From: Octopus vulgaris
Taxonomy: Eukaryota
Reading direction: 5' to 3'
NCBI GenBank assembly: GCA_951406725.2
Contig: OX597835.1
Location: forward strand, 11,408,001-11,472,000
Length of the DNA: 64,000 nt
In this document: one piece after another, positions 54,977 through 64,000 of the stretch
Layout: each line of letters begins with the position of its first letter
How positions within the stretch are numbered: the first letter of the stretch is position 1
Program-made: the position numbers and the translations under genes
The notes under the pieces: generated by a model
What the model was told of the DNA's origin: nothing
What the model saw: the letters and a program-made list of their open reading frames with translations, nothing else
Database searches by the model: none

Positions 54977-55368
54977 CATATATGTGTTAAGTATGTAGTA
55001 TTGGTAGTGTCTACCTTATGAAACTGCTTCTGTTGTGTTACCTCATAACTTGAATGTATATGTGTGTGTGTGTATGTATATATACACACATACATAGACA
55101 CATATGCAATGCACACACAATTACAGCATGAACGACACACATTAACCATTCAAAAACACACAATGATTTAACTTCATTTCCGTATTTGTTTAGTGTCAAA
55201 TTTTTCCTCACACCAACTGCAGCCTGGTCACTGACACAGTTTAAGTGAAGAGAAATCCTTTTTGTGTTTTTGAATGGATCGTATGGTCTTCCACTTTTTA
55301 ATCATTTTAGTTTCAACTCACACACACTCAAGATCATATCTCTTGCTTGCCAAATACATACCTGCAAA

Positions 55369-55371
<3 letters not shown>

Positions 55372-55438
<67 letters not shown>

Positions 55439-55518
55439 TACATACATACATACATACATACATACATACATACATACATACATACATACATACATACATA
55501 CATACATACATACATACA

Positions 55519-55547
<29 letters not shown>
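55372..55547. repeat. (CA)n(CATA)n microsatellite
   Basis: Pure tracts. Confidence 0.97.
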
Positions 55548-55550
<3 letters not shown>

Positions 55551-56980
55551 AGAATAAAATGCTTTTGATAGTATGCAGAATAATATATTTGTAATAATAA
55601 TGATGATATTAGTCTCAAGAAGTGGAGGAATTATTGTTCTTTATTCATATCTAGGTAGAGAAGTTTTCAAATTTTTTAAGCTAATGAAAGGAAAAGAAAT
55701 TTAATGGAATGAAATGAAGTCAAATATAATGGAATAAAATTACATCATTACATTTAAGAACTTATCTGGTATTTGCAAATACTTAGTAGACAACAATTTC
55801 TTAAAATGTAATGACATAAATCTTATTTTATTTTTCTTTATACCATTACATTTCAATTCCTTAGGAAATTTGAAGAATTTCTCTAACTCTATACAAATAA
55901 GTTAAGAAATAATTCCTTCAGTTTCTTTTCTGTTTTTTTTTTTTTAAACTAACCGTATTATTACTATTATTATTACTAGTGTACTGAATACATTTTTACA
56001 TACACATGCACACGCACACATTTTTATAATAATGTACATATAATATAAAATACATTATATTCTCATACTCACACATTTTTGTGTGTGTGTGTGTATTATA
56101 TATATTTGTGTGTGTGTGTATATATATAATATATAGAGGGCACTATTACACATAGATGCCTCACGCTATGAGGGACTCTTAAAGTCAAAACTACTTGATA
56201 AATTCTTATGAAGATTTTATCCTATCTTTAAATTGTAAATTTTAAATTATATATATATATATATATAGCCAATAAGAAAGTGGAGGGGATACAAAATAGC
56301 ATATGTCATTTTGTAACCTCTCCATTCTCTTATTTGCCGTATAAATTAAGGGTAAACCACTTTTTACCCCTGTCCATATATTACACTCAATTGTGAGATT
56401 GCCACACAATAACCAGCACTTGGGTATGAATAACTTGGGTACACTACCAGCAGTATATTGGATAGGTACTATCCCTTTGTTGGTTTCCCAACCTCTAACT
56501 CACACAGAAATATATCAGAAAGGAACTCTATCTCTCTTAAAAAAATATCTTTTGATAAGCATAACAAATGCGCAACCGGTAAAAAGAACTTTCACCTAAT
56601 TAAATTACTTAAATTATTTTGTCAGCATTTTCTTCATTTCCTTTTTTTATATATCACAACTCGTGTTCCACATCTCCTTTTTTAAATATATATATATATA
56701 TATATTTTATCATTAATTAAAATCTTAGGGTAGCAAGAATATTTATCAAAAAAAAATTCTTAGTTACCAGTGGTCTAGGGGGAAGGGGAAAAAAATCTGC
56801 AGAAACCTTGCAAGGTCTAGGATTAAGGTAAAAGTTTTTTTTATTTTTCTATCACTTTCGGAATTACAACAATTAGTGGCTTGGAGTTTAACTGCTCTTT
56901 CTAGTGAGTCAGATACCCTATTTTTCGGGGTATCTCTTTTGTGTTTGAATGTACACTGCATTCTTCTCTCTCTATCTCTT

Positions 56981-57021
<41 letters not shown>

Positions 57022-57042
57022 TACATACATACATACATACAT

Positions 57043-57079
<37 letters not shown>

Positions 57080-57649
57080 TACATACATACATATATATAT
57101 ACATACACACAAGTATGTGTATATATTCGCATCCTAGTGACATTTGGAAAGCTGTTGGATGACAGATGAGACTAAAATTGTTTTCGTCACCAAAGAGCCT
57201 TGTTTTACTGCAACCTTTAAACTTAAAAATATTTCATATGAACTTCAATCAATAGACTGCATTGCACCCTTTATTCTATGGCCCATGGTGTATTTTGTGG
57301 AGAAAAAAATCCCCCAAAACATAAAACAATGGCATAATAATATATTAAAAGTAACTGTGATGGGAACTGTCATCACTTAATTGTTGTTGTTGTTGTTGTT
57401 GTTGTTTATTGAAAGGAAATTGTGTTTCATTTATTTCATTTATGTACCCTCCCCACCACCACGACCACCACCACCCCCACCAAACTATACTTTGTTATAT
57501 TTCCTACTCCTTCCTCCTTTCTTTTTTTTTTTTTTTTTTTTTGTAACATTGGTAATGACATGATTTAAATAAATGTTGGAATTCTTGTTCTGACTTGTTG
57601 ACTGAATCCAAATGCATTTATATTGTTCTTCTCTCTGCATGCTGCTCAC

Positions 57650-57664
57650 ACACACACATTATAC

Positions 57665-57697
<33 letters not shown>

Positions 57698-58240
57698 TAG
57701 ATATATACATATACACATATATATATATACACATACATATACACACATATATACATATACACATATATATATATACACATACATATACACACATATATAT
57801 ATATACATATACACATATATATATATATACATATACACACATATATATATATATACATATACACATATATATATATGCATATACACATATATATATATGC
57901 ATATACACATATATATATATGCATATACACATATATATGCATATACACATATATATATATGCAAATACACATATATATATGCATATACACATATACATAT
58001 ATGCATATACATATATACATGTACACATATACATACACATATGCATATACACATACACATATACACGTATGCATATGCAGACACACACACACTCACATAC
58101 ACACACACACATATATATATACATATACATATATACACATACACGCATACACATACACACACATATATACACATACACACACATGCACGTACACACACAC
58201 ACACACACATAAATATATACATATATATACACACACACAG
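57650..58240. repeat. TA/CA compound microsatellite
   Basis: Low-complexity tract that generates spurious HI/YT ORFs. Confidence 0.95.
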
Positions 58241-58327
58241 GAATGAGCAAACAAACACGCATACAGGATCTTGTTCATATTAACATGGGAAAATATAGAT
58301 TTGAAATCACAAAACAGTTTAAGGACA

Positions 58328-59087
58328 AGGTTATCAGCCCGAATATGCTTGATGCCCGTTTGAACTGGGGAACAAGCTATTCACTGCGTTTTGTCACACA
58401 GAATATATCCTGCTTCTTGACAAATGGTGTGTATACACCTAGATCAGCTAACAGCGCTATCTACCTAGACTGTGAGATGTTAACATTTCAGAGTAGTTAC
58501 CTCCTCATCAGTCACAGACTCTAAGCAGATGGCACTGCGAGCTGAATTATGAGATTGCCTCTCTGACACTTTTCCAGACACTGTACGGTGGCTCACCATA
58601 AGTAAATTACTGTACAGTGACTGGAAAAGCATAAGAAAGGTAATCTCTTAATTCAGCTCGCAGTGCCATCTGCTTAGTGTGTCTGTGATCAATGAGGAGA
58701 TAACTACTCCGAAATGTTAACATCTCATAGTCTAGGTCAGTGCTTTTCAAACTTTTTGCTGGAGCAGAACCCCAAGGAAACATTCCACTGGCTCGAGGAA
58801 CCCCTGTGCAATAATTTAATAGTCTTATGCACACATATCTGCACAGGAGAATTAAAAATTATTGCCGATTTTAGCAGTTTTGTAACTTCTTGCGGAACCC
58901 CTGGAACCCTAAGGTTCCGCGGAACCCTGGTTGAAAACCACTGGTCTAGGTAGATGGTGCTGTGAGCTGATCTAGATGTATACACACCATTTGTCGACAA
59001 ACAGGATATATTCTCCATGACAAAACACACTGAGTAGCTTGTTCTCCTGTTTGAACATACGTTGAGCATGTTCAGGCTGGTAATAAC
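58328..59087. mobile_element. Fold-back element (arms of about 260 bp) with hammerhead-like motif, right arm interrupted by a hAT MITE
   Basis: Arms about 58328-58586 and 58609-59087 (excluding the insert); minus strand CTGATGA-ggag..ctct-GAAA at 58511-58486. Confidence 0.8.
58738..58943. mobile_element. hAT (Charlie/Buster-type) MITE
   Basis: TIRs cagtgcttttcaa / ttgaaaaccactg; perfect 8-bp TSD gtctaggt (58730-58737 and 58944-58951) with central TA. Confidence 0.9.
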
Positions 59088-59144
59088 ATTGCAGTTTCAC
59101 TTATCACTGCTTAGTGCTCCTCCTCTGTAATAGTTTAATAAATA

Positions 59145-59525
59145 CTAGCACTATGACCGGGCAACGCCGGGTCATAGTGCTAGTGCATGCATATACAGCT
59201 GCATGTGTGCGTGAGCACATACATGCGAGTACTGTCCAAATCTCCGACCAATCACATACAGCTAGCTGGCATTCAATTGGCATATTAAGTTTCCAGCAAT
59301 TTGATTGGGTTTTGGATAGAAAATTCACAAAAAAAGTCACTTCTATTGATTTTTTAATGGCTTTGCTGGGTGACTGGGGAAATGTAAAGATGTGCACGAC
59401 CACCCTTGGACAGTTTTGAATGACCATAGAAAGTGCAAGCCCTCTAACTGAAAAATTGTGGATTTGTATAAAGAACACGAACACACACATACACACAGTC
59501 GTTTTGCCGTTTATATATATAGAGA
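59145..59525 (-). mobile_element. Non-autonomous Helitron
   Basis: Minus strand A|TCTCTATA...aaacggca start (shared with 2045), terminal hairpin and CTAG|T end. Confidence 0.78.
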
Positions 59526-60800
59526 TAATTGAAGTTTATCTAGAAACCAAATAATGAACTTAAATTTTAAATGCATAAAATTAAGAAGAAAAAAATATCA
59601 AGATTTGATTTGAATTTGCATTTCAAAGATAGATGTGCGTGAAGTTTATCTTTTATTTTCTTTCTAGATTCAGTTTATGAAAATATCCAAAGTTTTATTA
59701 TTCAAGTAGTGAAATAATCAAAAAAATATCTGATTCACTGAAAGAATATTTAAGAGGAAGTGATAGGTTGGTCACCTACTAAACGAGACACCTCAAGAGA
59801 TGTAAAAAACAGTAAAAAAAAAAAATGTAAAAACAGTAAAAAGAAAGAATAGATACTGTGTTAGTTTATGGTTTCTACAGTCAAGCAGCTGAGGTCATGA
59901 AAAATCATTGATTCAACAAGGAAGTCAAATAAGAGCAGAAGCTCAATGAAGAGTGGAATTAACTGCAGACTTGACAAAAGCACTCAAACAAAAGCTGAAT
60001 GAACCAAAAGCTGTGTGCATTTCCTTTTGATAATCGCATTCTTTATCTCAAATGTACTCACAGACTTTTTCTATGTTTGGGAGTTATATTAACTTAATTC
60101 TTTAATTCTTTTACATCACCTCGTTACTTCATTGGGTCAGACTTCATTTTGGTCTATGTTGCATTAATTTGAGACAAATCTTCACTCAGATTACAAGACA
60201 AATCTCTCTTGCCAGAGGTTCCCCCTTTTCCAAAAATCTCCATTATGTCTTTTACAAAAAGCTAGATAAATAAAAACATTTTAATGCTCCCTTTTCCAAA
60301 CTTGCATGGGTCAGAGGAAATTTGTTGAGGCAGATTTTCTTCAGCCAGATTTTCTTCTTATCTGTTTCTTTATTACCCACAAGGGGCTATGATGGCCAGA
60401 TGCCCTTCTTATCACCAACTATCAACTGTTTCCTATTTCTTTACTGCCCACTGGGGGCTAAACAATAGCCTTGAGCTGACCAAAGCCTTGCGAGTAGATT
60501 TGACAGATGGAAACTATAAGAAACGCATTGTGTGTGTGTGTGTGTGTGTTTGTGTGAGATTAAGTCGTTTACATTGACCCCAGTGTAAAACTGGTACTTA
60601 TTTAATCGACCCTAAAAAGATGAAAGACAAAGTCAACCGTGGCAGAATTTGAACTCAGAACATATAGACAGATGAAATACTGCTAAGCATTTCGCCTGGC
60701 GTGCTAACGATTCTGCCAGCTCACCACCTATCGACTGTTTCCATTTCCCACCGACCCAGTTCTTCAAATACCAACATGTCAATGGACAATGGCTGGACAT

Positions 60801-60833
<33 letters not shown>

Positions 60834-62271
60834 ATAACTGAATGAAATAAGCTTTCAGCCCTTCAAATTACAGAAACCAATTTGGGAGATTTTTTTTACT
60901 TTTGTGAGATAATATATCTAGAGTCAACATTATACAAATGACACCCAACTGGATTTACAGTTATTCTACACTTACTCCTCCTCCTACCTTGAGAATACTT
61001 CCCCTCCACCTACAATTAATCTCGTCCTCTTATAGCCTCAAACTCTCACCATACTCTCCACCCCAAATTCACTAAATATCAGAACAGTTTTTTTATCCAC
61101 TCACAATTATTGTTTCTTATTCAAACGAAAACTGATTTATTTCTGTCATAATCGATTTTTTATTGGATATAAACATATATACACACATACATGTATGTTT
61201 ATATATGATGTAGGTACACACACACCAAATGCATGTAAAGCATGGAGGAAAGGTTTAAGGTTTCTCTAAATTGCATATACACACAGACACACTTCTATGC
61301 ATAGGTATATAATATTTATGCATATTTAGAAAAAGATGAAAAAATGCTTCCTAATCTTTCCTTAAGACGTTTTTATTCTGTATATGTTTTGGTTTTTCTT
61401 TATCTTGCTGAAGATAATTATTTATTCATGGAATGAAAAGCAATGGGAATTTAATGCATGGAGAAGGGGAAACAACACGAACATTGTGGTACCACAAAAT
61501 TATCTCACCACTCACCTGAAGTATCATACACATTTTAAAGAAACTTCTTGACATCCTGGCAAAGGACGATATAAGCAGATTTTCTGTACGTGTCTATAGT
61601 CAAGATTTAGCCTTTCTGTTTATGTTGGTCATTAAGCTAATTTCTTATTAGGTATGTGACCTTCTTGATGAATATATTCTCAGTAATTTAGATTAACTAA
61701 ACTGTTCCTCATGAAATACATATACGATTATCACATGCACATGCATGGACATGCAAATATATGCAATGAAAGTAATATATGCACATATACGTGTATACAT
61801 GTGTACAGTAATATGCATTCACATACATGTATACACATGTGCGCATAAAAGTATGAGTGTATATACGCTCATACTATATATATTCATTTGTTTTTACACC
61901 CACTTTTGCATGCTACCATAATTTAGACAAGTATAATGCCAAAGCCCTGTTTCACAACTAGATAACCTCCCTATCTCTAAAAGGATAAAACAATGCAAAA
62001 CACATTGTGATCAGCGATGTGTAATGTCAAGGCCCTGTTTCACAACTAGATAACCTCCCTATCTCTAAAAGGATAGGACTTGAACTGTAAAATAAACCAT
62101 TTTTAATTCTAGCCGCCCTTTGAAAATTTTAGAAAGTGATTACACAGCAAGTTAATACAGAGGTGGCAAGATTGAAAATGTCCTCTAGAATTCCTGTTGT
62201 GTAGCAAAAAAGGTATGAAGAAAAGGAGTCTTATCAGGGATAGGACAACTTCTCTAGTACCAGTGATAGAA

Positions 62272-62750
62272 CAAACAGGGGCAATACAGGATTGAGGGGG
62301 ACACTATAGTGTTGCTGGTTACAGGGTATCCTCTTCAGTGCTGGTGCCACACAAACAGGGGCAATACAGGATTGAGGGGGACACTATAGTGTTGCTGGTT
62401 ACAGGGTAACCTCTTCAGTGCTGGTGCCACACAAACAGGGCAATACAGGATTGAGGGGGACACTATAGTGTTGCTGGTTATAGGGTAACCTCTTCAGTGC
62501 TGGTGCCACACAAACAGGGGCAATACAGGATTGAGGGGGACACTATAGTGTTGCTGGTTACAGGGTATCCTCTTCAGTGCTGGTGCCACACAAACAGGGG
62601 CAATACAGGATTGAGGGGGACACTATAGTGTTGCTGGTTACAGGGTATCCTCTTCAGTGCTGGTGCCACACAAACAGGGGCAATACAGGATTGAGGGGGA
62701 CACTATAGTATTGCTGGTTACAGGGTAACCTCTTCAGTGCTGGTGGCACA
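62272..62750. repeat. 80-bp minisatellite, 6 copies
   Basis: caaacaggggcaatacaggattgagggggacactatagtgttgctggttacagggta(t/a)cctcttcagtgctggtgccaca; units are nearly identical. Confidence 0.97.
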
Positions 62751-63285
62751 GTTAAATATACATAGTAGACTTTGTAAGGAAAATGGTGATGGGAAGGGCC
62801 TCAAACTGTGGAATTCATGTCAGAAAAAGGAAAGTACAAGTAAGACATGGTCTCTGATTTGTATAAGGGGGAAGTAACTCCACATAAGAACTGAACAGAG
62901 AACTGCGATGTCAACCCAGCCCATGCGAGATCAGAATGAAATTCTCCTTTTCCTTGTTATGTATAAATATATTTGAAGAAAGGCAGATAAATACGAGTAG
63001 GCTTATTGCATATGTCTACATATTCTGTGGTCTGTATTTTGTATTCCATTTGAATATATATATGCATTAAGCCTATTCATATTCATTGGTTTTTCAACTC
63101 CCATACCAATTTCACGAGGATCATTTTTATAGCTAACTTCGAACACAGGAAGAATCAGACCTGGATGAAGGAATTGGAGTTCTTTTGTGTCTGTAAATAT
63201 CTATACCATGCTTATTTACATTTCCTACACACCATATATATGTGTGCACTCACACATGCATATATTCATATAAGAATATATATAT

Positions 63286-63327
<42 letters not shown>

Positions 63328-64000
63328 AAAGAATAGGGATTTGGATTCTGGGTAGATACTTTATTAGCACTTTGATACAATCCAGATCTGGCAAACCACA
63401 TTGAATGATAGGGAATGTACAGAATTGGGAAAAACAAATGTTATTTCATTTGATAAGTAAATCCTGAGCTCTCTTCATCGGATTTTATTCAGCATACAGA
63501 ATATACAATCAAGACATCATAAAGAAGAATGGAGAACTACACCCCTTCAAAATTTATTTGTTAAATCGTTATTCTCATCAAATTCCAATCTGACTCAGGT
63601 TTCTGCTGGCTAAGTGCCCTCATGTCCTCTCATGCAGAAGTTCTGTGCATTCACTCGATTTAAAATTAAATCCTTTGCCATCCATATCCAACCGACACAG
63701 TCATTACAATGCAGCATTGTCCACAGTTTTATCCCACGTGGTTAAATATACTTATGTATTCACCTCTCATGCCCCCTAATTATATATATATAAATATATA
63801 TAATTAAAAAGATGGCCAAAGAGAGAGGGGGTAAAAGAGTCTGACTTCTGGCACACAGACAAGAAAATTTATGATTGTAGTCAGCCAAAAATGTTAATTC
63901 CAAATTATCGTTTCCTCATCTTCATTTCTACTCATGCAGAACACAAGCGTACATGCATATACGTACATGTATATACCTGCACATGATTTCGTGTGTATGT

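Noticed and set aside
56773-56823. GAAA-ccttgcaagg-TC half-hammerhead
   Set aside because: No recognisable CUGANGA core or stem II upstream.
62272-62750. Possible CRISPR array or vector contamination (gacactatag resembles the SP6 promoter)
   Set aside because: There are no unique spacers, the context is eukaryotic, and the SP6 match is only 10 nt inside a tandem unit.
40400-64000. A second protein-coding gene downstream
   Set aside because: I found no exon with both credible splice sites and a recognisable protein sequence on either strand. Small exons could have been missed.

Overview
This is AT-rich, repeat-dense animal DNA, most likely from an octopus (inferred from the SINE families and the very high TA/CA microsatellite load). 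Only one host gene is supported: the last three coding exons of INPP5F/SAC2 on the + strand (7767-7922, 25566-25656, 33235-34417). These exons splice in frame, encode the end of the hSac2 domain plus a long tail, and end in the conserved C-x-T-x-I-I-x-I terminus. The rest is intronic or intergenic: tRNA-headed SINEs (3 families), RTE-type 3' tails, CR1 and RTE LINE remnants, decayed mariners, non-autonomous Helitrons, hAT/Tc1/piggyBac-like MITEs, a U2 snRNA retrofragment, microsatellites and an 80-bp minisatellite. The most striking pattern is a set of short non-coding elements from several unrelated families. Most are fold-back (palindromic) and most carry minimal type-I hammerhead ribozyme motifs (CUGAUGA...GAAA-palindrome-UH). 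They sit in or next to (TA)n tracts, and two have 12-13 bp target-site duplications. They look like non-autonomous Penelope-like or retrozyme-like retroelements. Most long ORFs in the supplied track are microsatellite or repeat artefacts.
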